Notes: a model not told the origin generated them from the sequence alone. Positions 17,641-28,625 are shown, counted from the stretch's first letter. The stretch is 64,000 nt of DNA from Patescibacteria group bacterium (GCA_041662665.1 JBAZSC010000002.1:5735-69734), one strand, 5' to 3'. Made by a program: numbers and translations.

Positions 17641-18975
17641 CTAATTCTTTTGACTCAATTTTTTCTTGATCTCAATTGCTAGATTATCCTGATTTAAAAC
17701 TTCTTGAATTCCACTTTGCATATCTCTGATCAATATACTTTTATCTAAAACTTCTTTTTGCCCTAATATCAATGCATATCTAACTCCTAAATTACTAGCA
17801 AATCTTAATTGAGATTTTATGCTATCTTTGTGCATATTCTCAACTACAGAAATTCCGCTGTCAATCAACGCATTTATAATTCCTAAAGATTTTTTCCTAG
17901 CCATATCTCCCAATTGAACAAGCATTACATCTGGCTTTTTTCTAGGTAAATCTTTTCGTTCTCTATTTTCTTTTAAATAATTTATGATTCTCTCTACTCC
18001 CAAAGCCATGCCAATTGCTGGAGTTTCTCTACCACCCATAATTTCCACGAGATCATCATATCTTCCGCCACCGCCAAAACTTCCTTGAGCTGCAACAGCT
18101 TTTTCTCCTGTTGGCCAAATTTCAAAAGCAGTCTTTGTATAATAGTCTAATCCGCGTACTAATTTAGAATTCAAATTATAAGGAATTTTAGCTTCGTCTA
18201 AATATTCTAATACTTCTTTAAAATGATTATGGCATTCCTCGCATAGATAATCAATAATTTGCGGTGCTTCATTGATTGTTTCTTGACATTTTGGATTCTT
18301 GCAATCTAAAACTCTCATTGGATTGCTTTTTAATCTTTTTTTGCAATCCATACATAATCTTTGTTTTTTGCTTGTCAAAAAATCAACTAACATCTCGCGA
18401 TATTGTTCACGACAAACTCTGCAACCAACACTATTTATCTGAACCTCAAAATTGTTCAAGCCAATTTTTTTCAAAATCTTCCATGCAATAAAAATTACTT
18501 GCGCATCAATCACTGCTTTTGAACTTCCTAAAGCCTCAATATTAAATTGATGAAATTCTCTTTGTCTGCCAGCTTGTGGCTTTTCTCTGCGAAACATTGG
18601 ACCAACATAATACAATTTAACTGGCTGAGGATAGGTATGCATACCATTCTCAATATATGCTCTAACAACACCAGGTGTACCTTCTGGTCGCAATGTTAAA
18701 TCATCTCCACCTTTATCAATAAAAGAAAACATTTCTTTCTGAACAACATCTGTGTTCTCTCCTGTTGATCTTTGGAACAGCTCTGTTCTCTCTAAAATCG
18801 GCGTTTCAAATTTACTAAAACCAAAAGTTCTAGTTACTTTATCTACTGCATCGAAAAACAAATCCCAATAAGGCATTTCTGAAGGCAAAATATCATGCAT
18901 TCCCTTTACTTTTTCAACTAATTTCTTCTTTACTCTTAATTTAGGTTTCTTTAATGTTTTCTTAGGTCTACCCAT
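17641..18975 (-). CDS. hisS: histidine--tRNA ligase
   Basis: KGMHD, LRPEGT, FRREKPQAGRQREFHQ, LVRGLDYY and GGGRYD. Confidence 0.96.
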   Translation of the reverse strand: MGRPKKTLKKPKLRVKKKLVEKVKGMHDILPSEMPYWDLFFDAVDKVTRTFGFSKFETPILERTELFQRSTGENTDVVQKEMFSFIDKGGDDLTLRPEGTPGVVRAYIENGMHTYPQPVKLYYVGPMFRREKPQAGRQREFHQFNIEALGSSKAVIDAQVIFIAWKILKKIGLNNFEVQINSVGCRVCREQYREMLVDFLTSKKQRLCMDCKKRLKSNPMRVLDCKNPKCQETINEAPQIIDYLCEECHNHFKEVLEYLDEAKIPYNLNSKLVRGLDYYTKTAFEIWPTGEKAVAAQGSFGGGGRYDDLVEIMGGRETPAIGMALGVERIINYLKENRERKDLPRKKPDVMLVQLGDMARKKSLGIINALIDSGISVVENMHKDSIKSQLRFASNLGVRYALILGQKEVLDKSILIRDMQSGIQEVLNQDNLAIEIKKKLSQKN

Positions 18976-18989
18976 ATAATTGATTAAAT

Positions 18990-19574
18990 TTAATTTTTAA
19001 CACTAAAATAAAGTGGTGTCTTAAAAAGACCAACCTTTGCCAATGGCCAACCTCGAAGCCAAACGCGACCAATTAGATTTGCTTTTGGCAACGGACCCCA
19101 AATTCTTGAATCACTGCTCGCTTTTCTATTATCACCCAACACAAAAAATTCATTATCTTTGACTGTATAATCAATTCTGCCAGGCGTCTTTAAATCAGCA
19201 GGCAGATAGCTTTCGTCAACAGAAATTCCTTCAGAATGATCTTGGTTGTATATCTTAACACTTCCATTAAAAATTTCAAGTCTTTCACCTGGCAATCCAA
19301 TAATCCTCTTAATAAAAAATTGGGATGGATCTTTTGGATACTTAAAAATAACCACATCTCCTCTCTTTGGTTTTTCAAAACGATAGCTTATTTCATCAAC
19401 AATTAGATACTGACCATCTGAAAAATTCGGTTCCATGCTCTCACCTCTAACAAAAAAAGGCTGAAATAAAAAATATCTAACTGGAATAATAATTGCTAAA
19501 GAAATTAAAATTATTTTCACTAATTCAACAACAAATTCTTTTGTTGAAGTTTTTTGTACTATTTTTGTTTCCAT
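18990..19574 (-). CDS. lepB: signal peptidase I
   Basis: GESMEPNF, FIKRIIGLPG and GDNRKASSDSR; start at ATG 19574 behind GGAGG. Confidence 0.93.
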   Translation of the reverse strand: METKIVQKTSTKEFVVELVKIILISLAIIIPVRYFLFQPFFVRGESMEPNFSDGQYLIVDEISYRFEKPKRGDVVIFKYPKDPSQFFIKRIIGLPGERLEIFNGSVKIYNQDHSEGISVDESYLPADLKTPGRIDYTVKDNEFFVLGDNRKASSDSRIWGPLPKANLIGRVWLRGWPLAKVGLFKTPLYFSVKN

Positions 19575-19706
19575 TATATCTCCTCCGCGCTTTTCTAAAA
19601 AAAGCAAAATTAATATTTTATAAGTAACACAATTATACCACAATCAAAGATTTTTTAGCAAGACCAATTGACATCACTTAGCAACAACTTATATAATATA
19701 TCTATT

Positions 19707-21083
19707 ATGATAAAACTAAATGATCAAAAATTAAAAATGCTAAAGAAAAATATTGTTCCTATATTCTTAATTATTTTTTTATTAATAACTTCTCTTATTT
19801 CTTTTAAGTTTTTTTCAATTGGAAAAAGTGTTTTTAAAGTCACAGCTAATACTTCTTTGTTAGGCCAGCTCCAAAAATTTATTATTCCTAATAAAAAATT
19901 AAAAGGCGAAAAAGAAAAAAGAACAAATATTTTACTTCTTGGAGTAGGTGGCGAAGGACATGATGGCGCGATGCTTACTGATACAATTATCATTTTCAGC
20001 ATTAAATATGAAAATGATAAACCAAGAGTAGCATTGATTTCTATTCCTCGAGATCTTTATGTAAACTTAAAAGATTTCGGCAATACAAAAATCAATAGCG
20101 TTTATGCTCTTGATAAAGACAGCAATCCTGATTCGAACAGAATTATTAAATCAATTGAAGGCGTTACTGGTTTACCAATTCATTATTATATTCAAGCTGA
20201 TTTTGAAGGCTTTAAAAAAGCCGTTGATGCTGTTGGCGGAATTGATGTTAATGTTGAACATAGTTTTGTTGACGACAAATATCCAACTAATAATTTTGGC
20301 GTAGAAACAATTTCTTTTGAAAAAGGATTAAATCACATGGATGGAGAAACAGCTCTAAAATATTCTCGCTCTCGACATGGAGTGGTTACTGATAAATCAG
20401 AAGCTTTTGAAGCAAATGATAGCGCTAGAGCAAAAAGACAACAACAAATTCTTTATGCCTCCAAAGAAAAAACAATGTCAGTTTCAACGATTAGCAATCC
20501 TAAAAAAATTAATGATCTTCTAGGCATCCTCGGTGATCATATCAGAACAAATTTAGAATTATGGGAAATGTTAAAACTCGGCGAACTTGCAAAAAATATT
20601 GATTCAAGTGACCTAAAAAATCATGTCTTAGATGATTCTCCAAATGGTTTACTTTATGCTTCAACAAGTCCTAATGGTTCATTCATTTTCTTGCCAAAAT
20701 CAAATGATTTTACAGAAATACATCATTACTGCAAAAATGTTTTTGAACCAAAACAAGAGGATATTGAAACTGCTAATATTAAAGTTCTTAATGGAACAGA
20801 AACTCCAAATCTTGCGCAAGAAGCATCAGCATTAATTGCCTACGACAATATAAAAGTATTAGCTCTTGACAATGCTTCAAAAATAGATTATAACAAAACG
20901 ATAGTCTATGATTATTCAAATGGCAAAAAACCAAATACTATCGAATTTTTAAAAAACAGATTTAATGCAAAAGTTATTAAATCAACAACAATTCCGAAAG
21001 AATATAATAATGATAATAGCAAAATAGACATTATCATGATTATTGGCAAAAATTTTTCGCAATTACCTCATTATGAATACTAA
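19707..21083 (+). CDS. LCP (LytR-CpsA-Psr) family protein with LytR_C domain
   Basis: TDTII, SIPRDLYV, RSRH, RAKRQQ and C-terminal VLNGT..PNLA; start likely ATG 19707, just after TTGACA/TATAAT. Confidence 0.9.
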   Translation: MIKLNDQKLKMLKKNIVPIFLIIFLLITSLISFKFFSIGKSVFKVTANTSLLGQLQKFIIPNKKLKGEKEKRTNILLLGVGGEGHDGAMLTDTIIIFSIKYENDKPRVALISIPRDLYVNLKDFGNTKINSVYALDKDSNPDSNRIIKSIEGVTGLPIHYYIQADFEGFKKAVDAVGGIDVNVEHSFVDDKYPTNNFGVETISFEKGLNHMDGETALKYSRSRHGVVTDKSEAFEANDSARAKRQQQILYASKEKTMSVSTISNPKKINDLLGILGDHIRTNLELWEMLKLGELAKNIDSSDLKNHVLDDSPNGLLYASTSPNGSFIFLPKSNDFTEIHHYCKNVFEPKQEDIETANIKVLNGTETPNLAQEASALIAYDNIKVLALDNASKIDYNKTIVYDYSNGKKPNTIEFLKNRFNAKVIKSTTIPKEYNNDNSKIDIIMIIGKNFSQLPHYEY

Positions 21084-22407
21084 CGTCGTTATCATCGGCA
21101 GACCAAACTGCGGTAAATCAACACTTTTTAACAAACTAGTTGGAAGAAGCAGATCTGTTACATCGCCTATCGCTGGAACGACAAGAGACGTCGTTAATGG
21201 AAGTACTAGCTGGAAAGGAAAAGTATTTACCATTTTTGACACTGGCGGATTCGAATACAAAGTTAAAGCACAAGATGTAATAAATAAAAGTGTCCAAGAT
21301 CAAATTCAATTCGCTTTAAAAAAAGCGGATATTATTTTGTTTATAACTAATATCAAGACAGGCATTACTGCTCCAGATATTAGTTTTTCAAAAGAATTAA
21401 AAAAAATCAAGAAACCAATAATTCTAGTTGCCAACAAAGCTGATAATGATGATCTAAGAGAAAGAGGCCAAGAAATGTTAAGTCTAGGACTAGGAGAGCC
21501 ACAAATAATTTCAGCCTTAACTAGTTCTGGCATTGGTGATCTATTAGACAAAATTTCTTCTTTGATTAAAAAAACAAAAGAATCAGAAACAGAAGAAACA
21601 GAAATAAAAACAATCAGAGTTGGTTTTTTTGGCAAACCTAATGTCGGTAAATCTTCAATCATTAATGCCTTATTAGGCGAAGAAAAAGTTATAGTCTCTG
21701 ATATTCCAGGAACAACAAGAGATGCAATTGAAAATACAATTGAATACAAAGACAAAAAATTTATTGTCATCGATTCTGCTGGAATAAAAAGAAAAAGAGA
21801 AGCTCGATTTGGAATTGAAAAATTTTCGATTCGAAAAAGTTTGGCTACTATTTTAGATTGCGATGTAATTCTATTTGTTGTTGATTGCGAAGATTTTTTA
21901 TCAAGACAAGACAAAAGAATTTCCGAAAGAATTCTTGAAAGCAAAGCTAGCGTCATCATTGTTGCTAACAAATTTGATCTAATGGAACAAAAACAAAGCA
22001 ATATTGATAAAATAGTAAATTCATTGCGTTTCCATTTTAATTTTCTTTATTTTGCGCCAATTGTTTTTACTTCTGCCAAAACTAATCAAAATATCAAAGA
22101 AATTTTAGATTTATTAATTCTAGCCAACGAAAAAAGAAATCAAATCGTTGATCAAGAAGAATTAACGAAATTTTTATTAGATATTTTAAAAGACTATCCT
22201 CCACATCGCAATAAAAAATCAAAGAAAAGACCAAAATTAATTAGGCTAATTCAATTCAGAACCAACCCTCCAAAATTCAATCTTTATCTAGAAGGACCAG
22301 AAACAATCGCTCCTCAATATTTAAGATTTTTAGAACGAAAAATTCATGAGAAATATGGATTTGAATGTGCTCCAATTCATATTTCTGTAGCAAGAGAAGA
22401 CAAATAA
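21073..22407 (+). CDS. der: ribosome biogenesis GTPase Der
   Basis: Two G domains (GRPNCGKS and GKPNVGKS, each with GTTRD) plus a KH-like C-terminus. Confidence 0.95.
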   Translation: MNTNVVIIGRPNCGKSTLFNKLVGRSRSVTSPIAGTTRDVVNGSTSWKGKVFTIFDTGGFEYKVKAQDVINKSVQDQIQFALKKADIILFITNIKTGITAPDISFSKELKKIKKPIILVANKADNDDLRERGQEMLSLGLGEPQIISALTSSGIGDLLDKISSLIKKTKESETEETEIKTIRVGFFGKPNVGKSSIINALLGEEKVIVSDIPGTTRDAIENTIEYKDKKFIVIDSAGIKRKREARFGIEKFSIRKSLATILDCDVILFVVDCEDFLSRQDKRISERILESKASVIIVANKFDLMEQKQSNIDKIVNSLRFHFNFLYFAPIVFTSAKTNQNIKEILDLLILANEKRNQIVDQEELTKFLLDILKDYPPHRNKKSKKRPKLIRLIQFRTNPPKFNLYLEGPETIAPQYLRFLERKIHEKYGFECAPIHISVAREDK

Positions 22408-22503
22408 CATAATACAAATATACAAATCTATGCTAATCTACAAATATGCAAATACATGCAAATTAGTCTATTCTTATATTCATATTCACTCTAATTTAAA
22501 AAT

Positions 22504-23037
22504 ATGCAATTAATTATTGGCTTAGGTAATCCAGGCGAAAAATATAACAATACTCGACATAACGTTGGCTTTCAAACTTTAGATAGTTTAGCAAAAAAGC
22601 TAGATTTAAATTTTAGTTTAGAAAAAAAATTTAATGCTGAAGTCGCTCAAACTAATCTAAAAGACGAAAAAACAATTTTTGCCAAACCACAAACTTTCAT
22701 GAATAATTCAGGAACTGCAGTTCAAGCTCTTGTTTCATTTTACAAAATCGATCCCAAAAAAGATTTAACTATAATTTACGACGATATCGATTTGCCAATT
22801 GGCGAAGTTCGAACTTCTGGCCAATCTGCTGGCGGTCATAATGGCATGCAATCAATTATTCAATCTTTAAATACAAATGAAATACAACGTTTTAGAATTG
22901 GTGTTCTAAATTTACCTAAAGAACAAATTTCAGATACTGCCAATTATGTTCTAGGAAATTTTTCAAAAGAAGAACAAGAAATCATTAATAAAAGCATTGA
23001 TCAAGTTATCGAAAAAATTACTAAATCCGCTAAATAA
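22504..23037 (+). CDS. pth: peptidyl-tRNA hydrolase
   Basis: GLGNPG..Y..TRHNVGF, KPQTFMNNSG and GGHNG. Confidence 0.95.
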   Translation: MQLIIGLGNPGEKYNNTRHNVGFQTLDSLAKKLDLNFSLEKKFNAEVAQTNLKDEKTIFAKPQTFMNNSGTAVQALVSFYKIDPKKDLTIIYDDIDLPIGEVRTSGQSAGGHNGMQSIIQSLNTNEIQRFRIGVLNLPKEQISDTANYVLGNFSKEEQEIINKSIDQVIEKITKSAK

Positions 23038-23127
23038 AAGCAGATTTTTAAAACAAAAAAACCGCAAACAATGCGATTATATTTTTAGTCTAGTTACTAG
23101 TTACTTTTTACTAGTTACTATTTTTTA

Positions 23128-23250
23128 GTTTTCTTCCATTTTTCTGCCTGCAAGCCTAAGCAAAAGCTTAAATTATAGCTACTCACAAAACTTAAGGAGG
23201 GATAGTCTTGCTTTGGCAACTCGCAGACAGAAAAATGAAAAAAACATTTT
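23128..23250 (-). ncRNA. putative structured small RNA (long hairpin with an anti-SD bulge)
   Basis: Nested inverted repeats whose mismatches are mostly G-U compatible only on the minus strand; promoter TTGACA-16-TAAGAT at 23257-23284. Confidence 0.5.
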
Positions 23251-23324
23251 CATAACATCTTATCAAATGGAAAATTTATGTCAAGATTTTAAGAAATAAA
23301 AAAAGCTACCACCAAAGCAATAGC

Positions 23325-23831
23325 TTAAACTCCAATCAAAGGTACTTGTTCATCATTTATCGAAAGATCTTTTCCGCTAATAATCAAAGTCCTACCGTCT
23401 ACAACAACTGAAACAGTAATACAACCGTAGCTCTGATCAATACTTAGATTCGAAGAAAAACCATATTCTTTTTCAATCTTTTTCTTAAATTTTCGGAAAC
23501 GATCTTTTTCATTTTTGATTTTTTCACGTAAACTCGAATTCACTATTCTTAAAGTAATGATCTCCTTATTCATTCTTTTACTTCGACCTTTTACTAAAAT
23601 ACAGTATGGGTTTAGTAGAATAATCTTATCTGTATATGTAACACTAAAATATGAACCTGAATCTGTACGCATAATAACACTGCCACTTATACTTCCATAA
23701 GAAGCATCCTTGATTACACGCGCTTTTTCAAGACCAGATGGGCAATTAACACCACCTCTAATTTCCCATTCACCAGTGCTTAAAAACTCAATAAATTGTT
23801 TAGCGTTCAATCTTTCCTCGCCCTTCTCCAT
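23325..23831 (-). CDS. hypothetical protein (paralog of the 23936 ORF)
   Basis: 168 aa with its own promoter (TTGATT-17-TATACT), SD AAGGAGG and terminator. Confidence 0.7.
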   Translation of the reverse strand: MEKGEERLNAKQFIEFLSTGEWEIRGGVNCPSGLEKARVIKDASYGSISGSVIMRTDSGSYFSVTYTDKIILLNPYCILVKGRSKRMNKEIITLRIVNSSLREKIKNEKDRFRKFKKKIEKEYGFSSNLSIDQSYGCITVSVVVDGRTLIISGKDLSINDEQVPLIGV

Positions 23832-23935
23832 CTTCCTCTCCCTCCTTGTGTTTCGGTTTCTAGAATAATTTAGTATAGCAAATCAAAATATATAATCAAG
23901 ATTTTAAAAATAAAAAAACTGTCACAAAGTAACAG

Positions 23936-24478
23936 TTAACAAAGATCGATTTTTGGCATCATTCTACCATTCAAATACAAACGTCCTCTGAAAAACTCAA
24001 TTCTCAAGCTCTTATCGCCACAACGAATCGTTACTTTCTGCTCATCATCGACATCAATACTTGTCAAAACCGAACCAATAAGATCATTCGAAATTCCAAC
24101 CACTTGTTTGCGTAAAGCATAACGACGCTGATTCTTTGCTCTACGCTTTCTTTTTTCATCAACTTCCTTTACTACTTGCTGCGATTTCTTATCCAATTCC
24201 AGATTCCGAATCTTCATAATTGCAACGGAACCACGACGTACTGTCACTGCACAATCCTTTATCATAAAGATATCATCTCTAACCGTAATGAGATAATTTT
24301 TACACATATCATCATTAAACATACGAACTCCAGCACCAATCTGAGTTTCTTCAAAAAAAAGACGAGACAATGTAATAGGTCTTGATTCACCTAAATAGAA
24401 AGTGCCACCTACCAACGACCACCCACCCATCCTTAATAGCTCAACAAATACCTTTAAATCCAACGATTTCTCCGTCAT
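23936..24478 (-). CDS. hypothetical protein (paralog of the 23325 ORF)
   Basis: Start reassigned to ATG 24478 (MTEKS) behind AAGGAGG; promoter TTGACT-17-TATACT. Confidence 0.7.
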   Translation of the reverse strand: MTEKSLDLKVFVELLRMGGWSLVGGTFYLGESRPITLSRLFFEETQIGAGVRMFNDDMCKNYLITVRDDIFMIKDCAVTVRRGSVAIMKIRNLELDKKSQQVVKEVDEKRKRRAKNQRRYALRKQVVGISNDLIGSVLTSIDVDDEQKVTIRCGDKSLRIEFFRGRLYLNGRMMPKIDLC

Positions 24479-24594
24479 TGCCTTTTCCTCCTTTCGTTGC
24501 AACCAGATTGAAAAACATATAAGTATAAAACATAAATAATTAAAAGTCAATGTTTTGTCTTGCTTTTTTGGCTCAAGTATGCTATCATCTCTCT

Positions 24595-27500
24595 ATGCTA
24601 GAAATTCTAGCCAAAACGCTTTCTTCAAGCAAAAAAACGGTATTAACCGGTATTTGTGAACAAGCAAAGCCATACATTATTACCAAGCTGATACCCCCAA
24701 AAAATATGGATCAGCCGATTTTTTATTTCGTCAAAAATCATCAATTGGCAATATCTACATATAATAATCTAAAAAACTGGCAAGAAAATATTACAATTAG
24801 AATCTTCAAACCAATTGATGAAAAATCGCTAGATTTAGATAATGAAAAAATCAGACAAGATTTTATTAAAAAACAAAATTTCTTATCCGATATTTCTGAA
24901 AACAAATCAGGATTTTATATTATTCCAATTGAATATCTAAATAGCACTTGTCCAAAAATTAGCAATTTTGAAAGAAATTTTTCAAGCGCGACAAAAAATG
25001 AGTTAATTGATCCAAATGATTTAGCTAAAGATTTTTCTACTCAAGGCTATGAGCGAGATACAAATGCAGTTACAAAAGGATATTTTTCTAAAAAAGGCGG
25101 ACTTATCGAAATTTTTCCAATCAATAAAAAATATCCAATCAGAATCGAATTCATTGGCAATAAAATTGAAGACATTCAAATTTTTGATCCAAAAAACAAA
25201 AAAGGATTACAAAAAGTTAATTCCATTTTAATTCCTCCAATCAAAACAAATGACAGCAATGGAAAATTATCTGATTATTTAAAAATGCCAAAAAAAGCAA
25301 TTGCAATAATTAATGATCCAGAAAGTTTAAAAGAATCAATTGATCCATTCTCTTACAAACCATATCAAGAATTTGAAAAATCAATTAATGATTTCACTCA
25401 AATCATTATCCAATCTTTTCCAGAAGAAAAAACAATTGATTTTGATTTTGTTTCAATTCCAAATTTTAGCAATAATTTATTAGCCTTAAAAAAAGAATTG
25501 CAAAAATATCATGATTATAAAATAATTATTCTCACTCAAGATGAAAAAGCAATTAAAAAAATATTTACAAATTTAAATATAAATTTTTCAAAAATAATCC
25601 TTGAAAAAAAAGAATACTTAAAAAATATTTTTGGATTCAAAAGCAATCAGCAAAAATTATTATTTTTAACTGACAATGAAATAATTCAAGAAAAAACTGA
25701 AAATAAAAAAAGCATTAATGAAGCTTTTATTTCCGAATTAAAAATTAATGACTTTTTAGTCCATGAAGATCATGGCATCTGTTTATTCAAAGGAACGACA
25801 AAAAGAATTATTGATAATATTGAAAAAGAATATCTAATTTTAGAATATGCTGACAATGATAAACTTTTTTTGCCTGTCGAATATTCTGAAAAAATAACCA
25901 AATATATCGGCCAATCACATCCCAAAATTAATCGTCTCCATACTGCATCATGGCAAGAATTAAAAAGCAAAATTAAAAAAAGAACTGAAATTATTGCCAA
26001 AGATCTTCTAAAAATTTACGCCAATCGCGAAAAATCACATGGCTTTACTTTTTCTCCTGACAATGAAATTCAAAAAGAATTAGAAAATAGTTTTCCATAT
26101 CAAGAAACTCCTGACCAAATCAAAGTTATCAAAGAAGTAAAAGATGACATGGAAAAGAAAAAATCAAAAAAACCAATGGATCGTTTAATTTGCGGAGATG
26201 TTGGTTTTGGCAAAACTGAAATCGCTTTGCGCGCTGCTTTCAAAGCTGCTCAAGACAAAAAACAAGTTGCCATTCTTTGTCCTACCACAATTCTTGCCAA
26301 ACAACATTTCGATAATTTTAAAAATCGATTAGAAAATTTTGATTTAAAAATTGCTGTCATTTCTCGCTTTCAATCAAAATTGCAACAACAAGATATTTTA
26401 GAAAAATTATCAACAGGTCAAATTAATATTATCATTGGCACTCACCGACTTTTGTCTAATGATATTAAATTTAAAGATCTCGGACTTTTAGTTTTAGATG
26501 AGGAACAAAGATTTGGCGTAAAACATAAAGAAACAATCAAAAAATTAAAAGCCAACATTGATATTTTAGCATTATCAGCAACACCAATTCCAAGAACTTT
26601 AAATTTATCATTATCAGGACTTCGCGATATCAGCATCATTAGTACTCCTCCACCAGGACGTCAATCTGTTGCAAATTACATCAAACCATATTCTGAAAAT
26701 ATTATTTTTAATGCTTTCAAAAAAGAATTAGATCGCAATGGCCAAATTTATTTTCTTCATAATAAAGTTCAAACAATTCAAGCAGCAACTGAAAAAATTA
26801 AAAAATTGATTGAAAAATATAAAAAACCAATTTCAGTTGCTTTTGCTCATGGACAAATGCCAGAAAACAATTTGGAAAAAATAATGGCTGAATTCTATGA
26901 CAAGAAAATTGATATTCTAGTTGCTTCATCAATTATTGAAAACGGTCTTGATGTTCCAAATGTTAATACGATTATCATTGATAATGCTTCAAATTTTGGC
27001 CTCGCTGATTTATATCAACTAAAAGGTAGAGTTGGACGTGGACAAAAACAAGCCTATGCCTATTTTTTATATAAAAGTACAGAGTTAAAAGAAAAAGCTA
27101 GAAGAAGATTAGAAGCATTGCTTGAAGCAAAAGAATTAGGCTCTGGTTTTCAATTGGCTTTACGAGATCTTGAAATTAGAGGCGCTGGAAATATTTTAGG
27201 CAAAGAACAATCAGGAGCTGTCACCACAGTTGGCTTAAATTTATATTGCCGACTTTTAAATCAAGCAATTAAAGATCTAAAATCAGGACAAGAAAAAGTA
27301 TTAGAAGAAAAAATTTCTCCAACACTTGATTTGCCATTATCTGCATATTTGCCTGAAAAAATATTTCCAAACTTTGAAAAACGCTTGAAGCTTTATCAAC
27401 AAATTGCCAATATTGAGAATATTGATGAATTGCAACAGCAAAAAAATAATTTGCTAAAAGATGTTCCAAATATTAGCGCTGAAGTAAATACCCAAATTAA

Positions 27501-27789
27501 CTATGTTAATAATTTATTCTATATTTTAGAATTAAAAATAATTTCTCAAAAAGCAAAAATTAAATATATCAAAACAAAACAGATTAATCTGCCAAATGGC
27601 AAAAGCTACAATCGTTTTGTCGTCAACTTCATCGGTCAAACAAACTACGAAAATGCCTACTCATTGATCAAAAAAAATCCTCAATGGGACATTGAAGATA
27701 ATGAAATAAAAATAAACCAATCTGATCTAGGACCAGATTGGAAAAATTCTTTAAAACAAAGTTTACAATTTTTTGCTTGCCAGCCGTAA
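24595..27789 (+). CDS. mfd: transcription-repair coupling factor
   Basis: CarD/RID-like VHEDHGI, MDRLICGDVGFGKTE, DEEQRFGV, RDLEIRGAGNILG and TRCF domain. Confidence 0.95.
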   Translation: MLEILAKTLSSSKKTVLTGICEQAKPYIITKLIPPKNMDQPIFYFVKNHQLAISTYNNLKNWQENITIRIFKPIDEKSLDLDNEKIRQDFIKKQNFLSDISENKSGFYIIPIEYLNSTCPKISNFERNFSSATKNELIDPNDLAKDFSTQGYERDTNAVTKGYFSKKGGLIEIFPINKKYPIRIEFIGNKIEDIQIFDPKNKKGLQKVNSILIPPIKTNDSNGKLSDYLKMPKKAIAIINDPESLKESIDPFSYKPYQEFEKSINDFTQIIIQSFPEEKTIDFDFVSIPNFSNNLLALKKELQKYHDYKIIILTQDEKAIKKIFTNLNINFSKIILEKKEYLKNIFGFKSNQQKLLFLTDNEIIQEKTENKKSINEAFISELKINDFLVHEDHGICLFKGTTKRIIDNIEKEYLILEYADNDKLFLPVEYSEKITKYIGQSHPKINRLHTASWQELKSKIKKRTEIIAKDLLKIYANREKSHGFTFSPDNEIQKELENSFPYQETPDQIKVIKEVKDDMEKKKSKKPMDRLICGDVGFGKTEIALRAAFKAAQDKKQVAILCPTTILAKQHFDNFKNRLENFDLKIAVISRFQSKLQQQDILEKLSTGQINIIIGTHRLLSNDIKFKDLGLLVLDEEQRFGVKHKETIKKLKANIDILALSATPIPRTLNLSLSGLRDISIISTPPPGRQSVANYIKPYSENIIFNAFKKELDRNGQIYFLHNKVQTIQAATEKIKKLIEKYKKPISVAFAHGQMPENNLEKIMAEFYDKKIDILVASSIIENGLDVPNVNTIIIDNASNFGLADLYQLKGRVGRGQKQAYAYFLYKSTELKEKARRRLEALLEAKELGSGFQLALRDLEIRGAGNILGKEQSGAVTTVGLNLYCRLLNQAIKDLKSGQEKVLEEKISPTLDLPLSAYLPEKIFPNFEKRLKLYQQIANIENIDELQQQKNNLLKDVPNISAEVNTQINYVNNLFYILELKIISQKAKIKYIKTKQINLPNGKSYNRFVVNFIGQTNYENAYSLIKKNPQWDIEDNEIKINQSDLGPDWKNSLKQSLQFFACQP

Positions 27790-27872
27790 TACCAAAATTA
27801 TTTTCAAAAAATAATTTATTTTATTACAGATTTTACAAATATTCATTCTTTTAAAAGTATATAAAGGAAGGC

Positions 27873-28625
27873 TTAATTTTTGATTTGAATTGTCTCAATC
27901 AAAGCATCAATAGTTTTAAGATTATTCTTTACATAATAATCTTCAGCTTCTTTTGTTGGAAAAGACTGACCAGGAGTAATTGTATATACTTTACCACCAT
28001 TTGCAAAGAAATATTTAATTCCTAGAACGCCATAATTTTCGCTATATTCATCAGTAACCGTAACTTTCAAAGCATTAATTTTTTGATCTTTACCGATTTT
28101 TACATTTTCTAATTGTAATAGATTATCTTGATCAAAATTATAAGTAATAACATCTTTCAAAGATTCATTTGCATCGTTATTAATAATACCTACACCAAAA
28201 ATACCAAAATCATAAAAATCATATTTTCTTTCACCAGGAATATCAATTTGTCTAACTTTTTTGCTTTGATCTAATACCTCAGGATATAAGAATGAAATTC
28301 CTTGAATATCAAATTCTAACCAATCAGAAGTAATATCTTCATTTTTAGAATTTACATTTTCATTAACAATATTTGTGTTCTCATTAATATTTTCTTTTTG
28401 TTCATTTGCTGATTCATTTGTTTTAATTTCTTCAGTTTTTTTATCTTTCTTAAAACTAATATAATTTTTAAATCCTAGATTATCAGTAGCTAAAAAAGCA
28501 ATCAAATATCCACCTAAACCTAAAACTAAAATACCAAAAATAATTCCGAAAACAATTTTTAATACTTTTTCTCTTTTTTGTTTTTTTCCTTCTTGATTTT
28601 GAATTTGATTTTGTTCGTTAACCAT
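27873..28625 (-). CDS. membrane-anchored hypothetical protein
   Basis: Single N-terminal TM, N/E-rich linker and a globular C-terminal domain. Confidence 0.7.
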   Translation of the reverse strand: MVNEQNQIQNQEGKKQKREKVLKIVFGIIFGILVLGLGGYLIAFLATDNLGFKNYISFKKDKKTEEIKTNESANEQKENINENTNIVNENVNSKNEDITSDWLEFDIQGISFLYPEVLDQSKKVRQIDIPGERKYDFYDFGIFGVGIINNDANESLKDVITYNFDQDNLLQLENVKIGKDQKINALKVTVTDEYSENYGVLGIKYFFANGGKVYTITPGQSFPTKEAEDYYVKNNLKTIDALIETIQIKN

